Source: a virus. From it: DNA of 64,000 nt. The DNA lies in IMG/VR virus record IMGVR_UViG_3300030109_006070, positions 1 through 64,000 of that record; one strand, given 5' to 3'. A model generated the notes under the pieces. That model did no database searches, had not been told where the DNA came from, and worked only from the letters and a program-made list of their open reading frames with translations. Shown one piece after another: positions 29,600-39,065 of this stretch. Numbering within the stretch: the first letter of the stretch is position 1; the number at the start of each line of letters is the position of its first letter. A program made the position numbers and the translations under genes.

Positions 29600-30697
29600 A
29601 TGGCTAGAAACATAATAAAAAGTTATAATTCTATAGTCGCAACCCAAGATGCCACTGTAGCTTTTTCGACATCTGACCAAACTCTTAAGCTACACAAAAT
29701 AGCTCAAGGCCTACAGTATTCTATAGGTTACTCTAGGCGAGCATCCAAACAAATTGGCTCTGAAAACTTGTCGTCTAACACTTTTTATCAACAGCCAGAT
29801 GTAGATTTAAATATTACATATATTCCTGAACCTAATTTTTCTAACGAATTACAAGGCAGATTTATTGACGCAAAACCTGACACAAATTTTAAAAATTTCT
29901 TTGCTGCTTCTGATGTAAACGATTCTACAAATTTTTATGTATTAGTAACAAAAAATGGAGAAGACACCTTCTTGAATAAACTGCAATTCCTTACATCTTT
30001 AAATTTAAACGGAGACGATGCTATAGGTTTTGGAAATTGTTTTCCATCTTCTTATGGATTAAATTATTCAGTAGGGACTCTTCCTACCGTATCCACTTCT
30101 TACATTTGCTCTAATGCAATATTCGACCCTCTAACTGGCACATCAATGGAGATGCCAGCTATAAATTTGACAGGAGGAAATAATGATAATGTGGGCAGGT
30201 CACGTTTTACCTTTGGTTTAGATTTATCAAACGCTGGGTTAGAAAAAGCTCCACCAATTGTTAATCCAGACAACACTAATAGTGATGTTACATTACAAAA
30301 TTTACAAGTAGGAGGGCAAGCAATATCAGGAAAACATTTAGTTCAATCTGTTGATATGAACGTAAGCCTCGAAAGGGTTTCGTCTTATGGATTGGGTAAC
30401 GACTACGCTTATAATAGAAAACGTCAATTTCCCGCAAATGGGACTTTTAGTGTTTCCTCTTTAGTTTCAGGTATGGAGAGTGGTGCTATGACAGGAGTTT
30501 TAAACTCTGACCAAAACTATCAATTTGATTTAAAGTTAGAAGCTAGCGGAAAACAAATGATTTATCGCGTCGAAGATGCGAGGCTAGACTCTTACAATTA
30601 TTCTATGAATGTCAACGGCACCATGAGCTACGATGCAAATTTCAGCTTTAAAGTGACACAAAAAAAGGGTTTAAAAGTTAGTGGGAGTGCCTACTAG
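29600..30697 (+). CDS. tail tube paralog
   Basis: MARNII start and YSVGTLPTVS, VQSVDMNVSLER motifs align by eye with the 16001 gene. Confidence 0.7.
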   Translation: MARNIIKSYNSIVATQDATVAFSTSDQTLKLHKIAQGLQYSIGYSRRASKQIGSENLSSNTFYQQPDVDLNITYIPEPNFSNELQGRFIDAKPDTNFKNFFAASDVNDSTNFYVLVTKNGEDTFLNKLQFLTSLNLNGDDAIGFGNCFPSSYGLNYSVGTLPTVSTSYICSNAIFDPLTGTSMEMPAINLTGGNNDNVGRSRFTFGLDLSNAGLEKAPPIVNPDNTNSDVTLQNLQVGGQAISGKHLVQSVDMNVSLERVSSYGLGNDYAYNRKRQFPANGTFSVSSLVSGMESGAMTGVLNSDQNYQFDLKLEASGKQMIYRVEDARLDSYNYSMNVNGTMSYDANFSFKVTQKKGLKVSGSAY

Positions 30698-31080
30698 TCG
30701 TAGTCAATCTTGATATTTTTGCTTTCGTAACCTTTTTCTTTAATCCTGTTGGGGTGTTCCGCGCCTTTACGTTCTTTTTTGTAATTGTCGTAAAACTTTT
30801 CCTTTACTGGATCTAATCCTCCAGATTTTTCTGCTCTCTTTGCACTCAATTCAGCAGATAGATCCATCATGTCGCCAATAGTGCCTTTTTTATTATATGT
30901 GGCATCCATGTATTGTTGGCTATTAAAAGGATCGATAGTATTGTCTATAGATGCGTTGGGAGCAAGGAAAACCCTGCTCCACTTAACGTCATCTTCTGAA
31001 TAAACATGTTCATCATTCATCCCTTGAAATACCTCTCGGTATTCTTCTCTTTCAGGATGTTTGTAAACATAAATGGGCAT
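30694..31080 (-). CDS. FmdB-like small protein
   Basis: MPIYVY..E..EVFQGM...RVF pattern with the Cys ligands lost. Confidence 0.55.
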   Translation of the reverse strand: MPIYVYKHPEREEYREVFQGMNDEHVYSEDDVKWSRVFLAPNASIDNTIDPFNSQQYMDATYNKKGTIGDMMDLSAELSAKRAEKSGGLDPVKEKFYDNYKKERKGAEHPNRIKEKGYESKNIKIDYD

Positions 31081-31412
31081 TATTTAATATCTATTTTTTT
31101 TGTAGCGGAAACTTCTTTTTTGGGGAGAGTGATATTTAAAAGCCCGTTCTTTAAAGAAGCTGTGATGTGATCTTCAGAAACTAAATCATATAAAAATAAT
31201 TTAAATGACTTATTCCTCTGTTCATTTTCAGCTTGAATTGTTAAAGTATTATCGACAACTTGAATATCCACATCTTTTTTAGTAAATCCAGCTAATTCAA
31301 ATTCAGCTTGATAAACATCTCCAGAATCCTTAACTGGATGCCTGTTAAAAGAGATTGATTTATTTTGTTGGTTAGTAATATCTGTTAGTAGGTTGTTAAT
31401 TAATGAGTTCAT
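31080..31412 (-). CDS. small heat shock protein (Hsp20); start probably 31412
   Basis: ELAGFTKKDVDIQV..NTLTI and ASLKNGLLNITLPK alpha-crystallin motifs. Confidence 0.9.
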   Translation of the reverse strand: MNSLINNLLTDITNQQNKSISFNRHPVKDSGDVYQAEFELAGFTKKDVDIQVVDNTLTIQAENEQRNKSFKLFLYDLVSEDHITASLKNGLLNITLPKKEVSATKKIDIK

Positions 31413-31449
31413 ACTTATATATATTAACATTAATCATGCCATTTCAATT

Positions 31450-32526
31450 TTACTTAAAAACAAGGGATAAAATAGCTTCGGTAGTTTTCTTGTAAGTCAT
31501 AGTGTCCCCCATTTTGACACCCTCTGTGTTAATCTGTCCCGCTTTAGATTCGGCTTTTTCCATAGCGGCGATCACTTGATCTTCGGTCCATGTGTAAAAA
31601 ACACCATTATTAAAATCATTTTGTTTGGTAAAAAATACACCATCCTCGCAAGGCATCGTCCCAGAAGATTCAATTAAGATGGAATTTTCTTCTGTAGCCC
31701 AGTCTCTATGAGAGGTCTCGTTTAAAACTACGCTCCACTTTCCTAAACAAGTAGAATTGAAAGCTGGCAGATTCCAACCTTCGCCTCCTGAAAGACCTGT
31801 TAAATCAATATCTATAGCATTTAAAAATTCGTTAACTTCTGAATTTTTAGCGAGGCGAGGGATTATGTTTAGATTGCTGTAATTGGCTCCTTGGGTTATT
31901 TCGCTCCACACCGCTTGCATTTGTTGTGGGTTAATGAATGGATTACTTACGCAACAAGAAAGTTGATATTTAGGGTTGTTACCGTATTTCTTTAACCAAG
32001 ATTGAATAATCTTTTTTGTATGCTTTCTATTCTCGTATTTACCCATCAGACCGAAGTGAACAACATCTTTAAGATATTCTTTTTCGGTTCTTTTGAAATC
32101 TTCATCAAACCCGAGAGGAACGAAATGTGTATTGTTCAGGCCCTTGTTTTTAAAATTGTTTTGTGCATATTTGGAAGAAAAAATAACACTGTCTTGTAAA
32201 GAAGCGATTTTTTCCTCTAGCTTGGTAGGTTCGCTGCACTCGTAAAATGTAATTAAGTGCTGATCCTTAGTTTTTTTATTTTCTGCCCCATTCAAATGCC
32301 ACAACTTCAAAGTAGGGGTGCCTTTCGAGATTTTGTCCCACCTTTTATTTACACCATCTTCAATATATTTTTTGATATCGTCAGTTAAATCAAAAGCAGA
32401 AAGATCTGGGTCACCTGTGGGGAAGATGCCCAGATCTACGTTTAGCTTTTGAAGCTCTCTGATAATGTTGAAAGAAACATTACCAAAGCTTAAGCTGTTT
32501 AAGGGAGCTTCTAAGATTAATTTCAT
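31450..32526 (-). CDS. GT4-family glycosyltransferase
   Basis: VPLGFD, GKYENRK, SGGEGWNLP. Confidence 0.85.
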   Translation of the reverse strand: MKLILEAPLNSLSFGNVSFNIIRELQKLNVDLGIFPTGDPDLSAFDLTDDIKKYIEDGVNKRWDKISKGTPTLKLWHLNGAENKKTKDQHLITFYECSEPTKLEEKIASLQDSVIFSSKYAQNNFKNKGLNNTHFVPLGFDEDFKRTEKEYLKDVVHFGLMGKYENRKHTKKIIQSWLKKYGNNPKYQLSCCVSNPFINPQQMQAVWSEITQGANYSNLNIIPRLAKNSEVNEFLNAIDIDLTGLSGGEGWNLPAFNSTCLGKWSVVLNETSHRDWATEENSILIESSGTMPCEDGVFFTKQNDFNNGVFYTWTEDQVIAAMEKAESKAGQINTEGVKMGDTMTYKKTTEAILSLVFK

Positions 32527-32889
32527 CTAAAAGGGAACATCATCACCTTGTACATCACTTGAGCTAGAACCCCCGTCTCCTTCAGCCTTCTTAGAACTCA
32601 AGAATTGAAGATCTTTGCCCCTAATAAAATACTTACTAAACTTTTTGCCTTCTTTTTCCCAAGACGACATACAAAGCTCTCCATTAACAATAAACTCCCT
32701 TCCTTTTGAAAGGTATTTTTCAGCAATTTCTGCTGTCTTGTCCCAATATTCGATGTCAACAAAGCATTTTGTTTTTGCGTTGGATGTCGAAACGCCAGCT
32801 CTTAAACTGACAACTTTTTTACCATTATTGGTAGTTCTTACTTCTGGGTCTTTAACCAGATATGCGGCGGCTGTAATAGAATTATACAT
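32527..32889 (-). CDS. ssb: single-stranded DNA-binding protein
   Basis: KDPEVRTT, WDKTAEIAEKYLSKG, acidic DDVPF tail. Confidence 0.95.
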   Translation of the reverse strand: MYNSITAAAYLVKDPEVRTTNNGKKVVSLRAGVSTSNAKTKCFVDIEYWDKTAEIAEKYLSKGREFIVNGELCMSSWEKEGKKFSKYFIRGKDLQFLSSKKAEGDGGSSSSDVQGDDVPF

Positions 32890-33493
32890 AATTTGCTTCT
32901 TTTTTTACTTTGTTGATAAACTTGTTGTGGATGTTTATACATCCTTGGATACTTAAATCAAGATTTTTTGCAATAAACCTCCAAGGAGTAAGCTTATTAT
33001 TATCTGATCCATATCGCATGTCAATTATTTTTTTAACTCTTTCATCTTTTTCTGTTTTTAGGCACTCTTTAAACACAACTAAAGCCTCTTCTTTGTTTAT
33101 GTCTTTAATAAAAGATTCACAACTTGGTTCGATGTAAGTGTTGTCATCGTCTATAAAACACTCTTTATTTTTCTTCTTTTTGTTAAGAGCATTTAAACAT
33201 TTCCATTTTGTCTGATTGGCTAAATGAGTAGAAAATTTTGTGTTTCTAGAGGGGTCGTAGTTTAAAGCTGAATCATAAATGGTCATTTCTTTGTCTTCCA
33301 CAATTTGTGTTTTATCCAAAACGCATTGAGGGCTAGACATAAAATGATTTACCATTGTGTGAAATATCCCAGAGTGCCGATCAACTAAAGCTATTAAACT
33401 TTGCTGGTCAGCATTGTCCTCTTGTATTTTAGAAATGAGTGTCAGATCGCTTTCCACTGAACCCATTCTATTATCTGGTTTTCCTTTTTCCAC
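32882..33493 (-). CDS. phage sigma70-family factor (second copy); start may be MGSVES
   Basis: YDSALNYDPSRNTKFSTHL region 2; IIDMRYG...IAKNLDLS..GC..IH region 4. Confidence 0.85.
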   Translation of the reverse strand: MEKGKPDNRMGSVESDLTLISKIQEDNADQQSLIALVDRHSGIFHTMVNHFMSSPQCVLDKTQIVEDKEMTIYDSALNYDPSRNTKFSTHLANQTKWKCLNALNKKKKNKECFIDDDNTYIEPSCESFIKDINKEEALVVFKECLKTEKDERVKKIIDMRYGSDNNKLTPWRFIAKNLDLSIQGCINIHNKFINKVKKEANYV

Positions 33494-33617
33494 AGAATTT
33501 TAAAAAAACTCCTGATTATATTTATAATATATTTATAAAACGTATACGATTAAGTATTACGTTATACTTTAACTATACCGTAATAGGTATAAATTACGTT
33601 TATCCCGTTTCACGGTT

Positions 33618-33645
33618 ATTATACGCCGTGAGATTAATTTGTCAA
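33618..33645 (-). promoter_or_regulatory. consensus sigma70 promoter for the sigma/ssb operon; -10 box inside an inverted repeat
   Basis: TTGACA-N16-TATAAT; tcacgg...ccgtga arms flank the -10. Confidence 0.75.
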
Positions 33646-33717
33646 CAAAAAAAAATTTTCCTAAAAATCTCATTTGACATTGCTTCGTCCTCCTGCTAAG
33701 TGTAAAATCCTTTAACC

Positions 33718-34689
33718 ATGATTTTTGAAGAGCAAGTATCGAGAAAGCCCGACCATTACCCTTGGGCGCAAGAGTTTATTGAGGCAATGCATAACGGTTT
33801 TTGGACCGATAAAGAATTTAGCTTCAGTAGTGACATTCAGGATTTTAACGTCAATTTGACAGGCAAAGAGAAGGAGATCATAGTGAGAACTCTCTCTGCT
33901 ATTGGACAAATAGAAGTGGCTGTTAAAAAGTTTTGGAGTAAACTCGGAGATAATCTTCCCCACCCTAGCCTTACTGACTTGGGATATGTCATGGCTAACG
34001 TAGAAGTTATTCATAACAACGCTTACGAAAGACTTTTAAAGGTGTTGGGGTTGGAAGATGTTTTTGAGGAGAATCTTAAATTAGATTTCATAGAGGGTAG
34101 AGTGAATTATCTTCGCAAATATAATCATAAATTTTACAAAGACTCAAAGAAACAATATGTTTATTCCATCATTCTTTTCACGCTTTTCGTGGAGAATGTT
34201 TCTCTCTTTTCGCAGTTTTATATTGTTAACTGGTTTAATCGTTATAGGAACGTGCTTAAAGATACAGGCCAGCAAGTCAAATATACTCGCAATGAAGAAA
34301 ACATTCATGCGTTGGCTGGCATCAAGATTATAAACACAATCAGAAGCGAGCACCCCGAGCTTTTTGATGAAGAGCTGGAAGAGAGAATAGCAAGCGAAGC
34401 TAAAGCGGCTTTTGTAGCAGAGAGTCAAATTGTTGATTGGATGGTAAATGGTTTTAATGAAAAAGGATTGAATGCTGACATTCTAAAAGAGTTCATAAAA
34501 AATAGAATTAATGACTCTTTAGAAAAAATTGGCTTTCATTCAGCGTTTGATGTTGACACATCTTTGTTGGAAGATACAATGTGGTTCGAAGAAGAATTAA
34601 TGGGCAATAATGCCACTGATTTCTTTCACTCGCGACCAGTTGAGTATTCTAAAAACTCTCAAACATTTGACGCTGACGATCTTTTTTAA
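33718..34689 (+). CDS. nrdB: ribonucleotide reductase beta subunit, class Id-like
   Basis: QIEVAVK, EVIHNNAY, VENVSLFSQF, EENIH, DFF..RPVEY. Confidence 0.95.
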   Translation: MIFEEQVSRKPDHYPWAQEFIEAMHNGFWTDKEFSFSSDIQDFNVNLTGKEKEIIVRTLSAIGQIEVAVKKFWSKLGDNLPHPSLTDLGYVMANVEVIHNNAYERLLKVLGLEDVFEENLKLDFIEGRVNYLRKYNHKFYKDSKKQYVYSIILFTLFVENVSLFSQFYIVNWFNRYRNVLKDTGQQVKYTRNEENIHALAGIKIINTIRSEHPELFDEELEERIASEAKAAFVAESQIVDWMVNGFNEKGLNADILKEFIKNRINDSLEKIGFHSAFDVDTSLLEDTMWFEEELMGNNATDFFHSRPVEYSKNSQTFDADDLF

Positions 34690-36335
34690 TGAAAAAATAT
34701 AAATGGCTAAACAAGGACGCTCGCGATTTCTTAAAGAGGGGTTATTTGCAAACGGGCGAAACCGCTGAAAAAAGAGGTCATGATATTGCGGTCGCTGCCG
34801 AAAAATCTCTCACCATAAAAGGTTTTGCAGAGAAATTTGAGGATTATTTAGCTCAAGGTTTTTATTCTTTATCTAGTCCTATTTGGGCTAATTTTGGTAG
34901 AGAAAGAGGTTTACCTATCTCATGTAATGGAGTCTTCATTGAAGACCGCATGGACTCTATTTTAGACAAGCAAGCTGAAGTAGGAATGCAAACCAAGCAT
35001 GGTGCAGGAACTTCAGGTTATTTCGGAGAACTTAGATCAAGGGGAGCAGAAATTTCTGCTGGAGGAACCTCTAGTGGTCCAGCTCATTTTATGGAGCTTT
35101 TCGATAAAGTCTCATCTGTTGTTTCTCAAAGCAATGTAAGACGAGGATCTTTCGCAGCTTACCTTCCTATAGATCATCCTGATATTTCTGAATTTCTTAG
35201 AATTAGATCTGAAGGAAATCCTATACAAGAAATGTCATTCGGCGTTTGTATCACTGACGAATGGATGAGGTCAATGATCGAAGGGGATAGAAAAAAACGA
35301 TCTGTTTGGGCATCAGTAATTAAGAAAAGGTTTGAAACAGGATACCCATATATCTTTTTCACAGACACAGCCAACGCCAACGCCCCGAAGCCTTATAAAG
35401 ATAAACGCATGAAAATAACTGCGTCAAATCTTTGTAGCGAAATATTTCTTCATGCTAACGAAGAGGAATCATTTGTTTGTTGTTTGTCTTCTCTTAATTT
35501 GTTGAAATGGGAAGAAATTAAAAAAACAGACGCTATCGAAACTCTGGTTTATTTTCTTGATGCGGTAATGGAAGAATACATCGAGAAGACGGAAGACATT
35601 CCTTTTATGAAGGCTTCTCATAATTTTGCCAAAAAGCAAAGAGCAATTGGAGTGGGTGTGTTGGGTTGGCATTCTTTTTTACAAGAGCAAATGATTTCTT
35701 TCGAGAGTATGGACGCTAAATTTCTGAATACAGAAATCCATAAAACAATTAGAAAAAAATGTGATCAAGCCACCGAATCTCTTGCTGTTTTATTTGGTTC
35801 TCCAGAACATTTAGATGGTTATGACAGGAGGAATATGACTACAATGGCCATAGCTCCTACCACTTCTAGCTCTTTCATTCTCGGACAAGTATCTCCCTCT
35901 ATAGAGCCATTGAATAGTAATTATTTTACTAAAGATCTAGCCAAGGGTAAGTTTACTTACAAAAACCCCTATTTAGAAAAGCTTTTAGAAGAGAAAAAAA
36001 AGAATACTCAAACTACTTGGAAGTCTATTTTGCTTAAAGGAGGTTCTGTCCAGCATTTAGACTTTTTATCTCAAGAAGAAAAAGATGTCTTTAAAACATT
36101 TGGAGAGATACCGCAAAAAGAAATAGTTATTCAAGCGGCTCAACGTCAGAAGTTTATTGATCAAGGGCAAAGTTTAAATGTCATGATTTCTCCGAAATGC
36201 CCTCCAAAGCAAGTTAGTGAGCTTCTTATATTTGGGTGGGAGCAGGGGGTAAAAAGTTTTTATTACCAAAGAAGTGCCAATCCTAGTCAAGAGTTAGCTA
36301 GATCTATACTAAATTGCTCTTCTTGCGAGGGTTAA
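34689..36335 (+). CDS. nrdA: ribonucleotide reductase alpha subunit (short, no ATP cone)
   Basis: PISC, SNLCSEI, CCLSS, APTTSS, DQGQS, KSFYY, C-terminal CSSCEG. Confidence 0.95.
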   Translation: MKKYKWLNKDARDFLKRGYLQTGETAEKRGHDIAVAAEKSLTIKGFAEKFEDYLAQGFYSLSSPIWANFGRERGLPISCNGVFIEDRMDSILDKQAEVGMQTKHGAGTSGYFGELRSRGAEISAGGTSSGPAHFMELFDKVSSVVSQSNVRRGSFAAYLPIDHPDISEFLRIRSEGNPIQEMSFGVCITDEWMRSMIEGDRKKRSVWASVIKKRFETGYPYIFFTDTANANAPKPYKDKRMKITASNLCSEIFLHANEEESFVCCLSSLNLLKWEEIKKTDAIETLVYFLDAVMEEYIEKTEDIPFMKASHNFAKKQRAIGVGVLGWHSFLQEQMISFESMDAKFLNTEIHKTIRKKCDQATESLAVLFGSPEHLDGYDRRNMTTMAIAPTTSSSFILGQVSPSIEPLNSNYFTKDLAKGKFTYKNPYLEKLLEEKKKNTQTTWKSILLKGGSVQHLDFLSQEEKDVFKTFGEIPQKEIVIQAAQRQKFIDQGQSLNVMISPKCPPKQVSELLIFGWEQGVKSFYYQRSANPSQELARSILNCSSCEG

Positions 36336-36374
36336 ATATTCATTTTTAATAATTAAAAGTGTAATAATTTCTTG

Positions 36375-37355
36375 ATGGAATACGACTTTTCAGACCAAGC
36401 CAAAGAGTTTTTAGAGAGCCAAAGCGCTAAACGCAAGGGTCCGAAAAGCTCTGCTCAAACTCCAGCTAAACCCTCGGAGCGCAAAAAAGGATCGAAAAAA
36501 AACCCAAAAGGCTCGGCTGGAGGGGATAAAAAATCCCCTTCTATAACTTTTTCTGAAAAAATTGTTACTTCTCTTAAAAATAAAGTTAAAGAGCATAACG
36601 CTAAATACTCTAAAAAAGTCACCCTCGGTCAGCTTAAAAAGGTATATAGGAGGGGTGCAGGAGCATTTTCAAGTAGTCATAGACCTGGTAAAAGCAGAGG
36701 CCAGTGGGCAATGGCTCGCGTAAATACGTTTTTAAAAATGGTTCGGGGCGGGAAAGTAAAGGAATCGTATAGAGCTGCTGACGGAGATATCGCTAGAGGC
36801 AGTGAAGATTATTATAATGAAAAAATTGGAGAGGCTTATGTTGATTATAATGAGGTGGAGTTTGGTCTTGCTAAAATAGATCTTTTAAAAGCTAACATTT
36901 CAGAAGATGAAATGGATCAAGACATTGAAGACATCAGTTACTCCGAAGAAGAAAAAAAGACTCTCAATAAACCCTTTAGATTACCTTCTGGTTCAAAAAA
37001 GAAATTTGGCGTTTATGTTAAAAGCCCCAAGGGTAACACAGTGATGGTCAAGTTCGGAGACCCTAACATGGAAATTAAAAGAGATGATCCAGCTAGGCGT
37101 AGAAATTTTCGAGCTAGACATAAGTGTGATACAAACCCAGGCCCAAAGCACAAAGCCAGATATTGGTCTTGTAGATTTTGGAGCAAAAAGCCTGTTAATA
37201 AAATGACTTCTAGCGAGGCTATAGCTTGGGATGATGAGGAAGTTTTAACAGAATGGGGTTGGGATGATGCTAATTTTGCAGATCATCACGATTTGTTAAA
37301 TTCTTTTCCATTTTTGTCTGAAATTACAGAAGTTGTTGAAGAAGAAGGATTATAA
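36375..37355 (+). CDS. two-domain basic late protein (likely virion-internal)
   Basis: LKKVYRRGAGAF..SHRPG..QWAMARVN domain and VKFGDPNM..RRNFRARHKC..ARYWSC domain; GTGTAA upstream. Confidence 0.65.
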   Translation: MEYDFSDQAKEFLESQSAKRKGPKSSAQTPAKPSERKKGSKKNPKGSAGGDKKSPSITFSEKIVTSLKNKVKEHNAKYSKKVTLGQLKKVYRRGAGAFSSSHRPGKSRGQWAMARVNTFLKMVRGGKVKESYRAADGDIARGSEDYYNEKIGEAYVDYNEVEFGLAKIDLLKANISEDEMDQDIEDISYSEEEKKTLNKPFRLPSGSKKKFGVYVKSPKGNTVMVKFGDPNMEIKRDDPARRRNFRARHKCDTNPGPKHKARYWSCRFWSKKPVNKMTSSEAIAWDDEEVLTEWGWDDANFADHHDLLNSFPFLSEITEVVEEEGL

Positions 37356-37374
37356 GGTATAATCATGCATTTGC

Positions 37375-38223
37375 ATGAAAGTATTGTTTATATCTGACTT
37401 CACATTAGAACAGAGACAAGGGGGCGCTCAAGTCAGCAACAAAATTCTTATCGACAAAGGTAAAGAATTAGGTCTCGATATAAAAGAACACGATCATAAT
37501 TCTTCGATTACTGATTTTTTTTCACACTATGATCTAGTAATCAACTCTAATCTGGAAGCTATTAGTAAAATATCTCCAGAGAAAATGCCTTTAATATTAA
37601 AACTGCCTAACTCGTTTAGATTAGAGCATGATTCTTGCAGTTATTTACAAGATGACGTAAGGTTAGAATTATTTTCCGCAGCAAATAGAACTTTCTTTTT
37701 AAGCGATTACCATTATAGTTTTTTTAAAGATTTATACGGAGATTATTTTCATAATGTAGAAATAGTTTACGATGCAGTAGACACTTCAAAGTTCAAAAAA
37801 TCTTCTGAAGAAAAAAAACATGATGTTGTTTACTGTGGTTATTTACACCCCTTAAAAGGCTTAAATAATTTACTTAGGTTTGCTAGCCAAAACCCTGACA
37901 GGAATATAGACATATTTGGATGGGGAGAGATTTCTCCTGATAGGGTATTTAAAGATTATCCAAATATAAAATTTAATGGACCAAGGGATTATGCTGATAT
38001 TCCAGCTATTTTACAATCAGCTAAAGCTATTTTCCACCACCCAATCGTTAGGGAACCATTTTGTAGGATGGTAGGGGAAGCTATTTTATGTGGAGTGGAA
38101 GATATTATAGGTGACAAATCAAAAATAGGAGCTTATCTTGAGTTTGAGAAAGTGGGATATGATGCTTTTAAAAATAGCTGTGAAAACGCTCCGTCTTTAT
38201 TTTGGGAAAAGATATTAAAATGA
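37375..38223 (+). CDS. GT4-like glycosyltransferase
   Basis: GGAQ, G.LHPLKG, EPFCRMVGEA. Confidence 0.8.
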   Translation: MKVLFISDFTLEQRQGGAQVSNKILIDKGKELGLDIKEHDHNSSITDFFSHYDLVINSNLEAISKISPEKMPLILKLPNSFRLEHDSCSYLQDDVRLELFSAANRTFFLSDYHYSFFKDLYGDYFHNVEIVYDAVDTSKFKKSSEEKKHDVVYCGYLHPLKGLNNLLRFASQNPDRNIDIFGWGEISPDRVFKDYPNIKFNGPRDYADIPAILQSAKAIFHHPIVREPFCRMVGEAILCGVEDIIGDKSKIGAYLEFEKVGYDAFKNSCENAPSLFWEKILK

Positions 38224-39065
38224 ACTTTATTTGTGGTACTTATTTTAAACACCAATGTCGTCTACAGTTAAGTAGTTACAACGACCCCAGAACTTCTGAA
38301 TTCTTTCCTAAAGAAGATCAAGATTTAGATAATAATTTTGTTTTTTGCAAACCAGAACATCTTTCTTTGTTAGACACATATGTTAAAATAGGCTCTATTA
38401 AATTAGCTGAAAAATTTAATTTAGTTACGCATAACTCTGACACCAATTTCGGACAACAAGAAATTGATTATGTTTTAAATTTATTTCCCAATATAGATAC
38501 TTGGTATACTCAAAATCTTGTAGCTGCACACCCAAAGGTTAAACCAATACCTATTGGGATAGCCAATCCTAAATGGTCGCACGGGAACCAAGATAGGTTT
38601 GCTAAAATACAATTAAAAAAAGTAAGTAAATTCCAAGAGGTATATGTAAACTTTAACATCTCTACAAATCCAAGAGCTAGACAAGAGTGCTTGGCGAAGA
38701 TTGGGTTTCCTTACAATTTACAATTAGAAAAAAACTACCCAGACGCTTCTTCTATAAAAGCTCACGATAATTTTGTTGAATCAACCCAAGATAGGTATTT
38801 AAGCGACATGGCAGCTTCTTATTTTACCATGTCTCCAGTAGGTAACGGTGTAGATTGTCATAAAACATGGGAGGCCCTCTACATGAAAAGCATACCTATT
38901 GTCACCCGCTGGCACGGTGCAGAAGAATTTAAAAAATTGGGAATTCCCATTGTTATTATTGATGACTGGTCTGAATTTAAAGATGTAGACCTTTCAGCAG
39001 ATAACTATAAAAAAATATGGGGAGATTTCGACCCTAAGTGTCTTAATTTTAATTTATTTAAATAA
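38220..39065 (+). CDS. exostosin (GT47)-like glycosyltransferase
   Basis: SPVGNGVDCHKTWEALYMKSIPIV motif. Confidence 0.75.
   Translation: MNFICGTYFKHQCRLQLSSYNDPRTSEFFPKEDQDLDNNFVFCKPEHLSLLDTYVKIGSIKLAEKFNLVTHNSDTNFGQQEIDYVLNLFPNIDTWYTQNLVAAHPKVKPIPIGIANPKWSHGNQDRFAKIQLKKVSKFQEVYVNFNISTNPRARQECLAKIGFPYNLQLEKNYPDASSIKAHDNFVESTQDRYLSDMAASYFTMSPVGNGVDCHKTWEALYMKSIPIVTRWHGAEEFKKLGIPIVIIDDWSEFKDVDLSADNYKKIWGDFDPKCLNFNLFK

Noticed and set aside
31425-31441. sigma54-like promoter upstream of hsp20 (TGGCATGATTAATGTT, minus strand)
   Set aside because: The -24 box fits but the invariant -12 GC is GT; too weak to call
33674-33705. sigma70 promoter for nrdB (TTGACA at 33674)
   Set aside because: No good -10 box at 16-18 nt spacing (TAAGTG); the GTGTAA motif explains the site better
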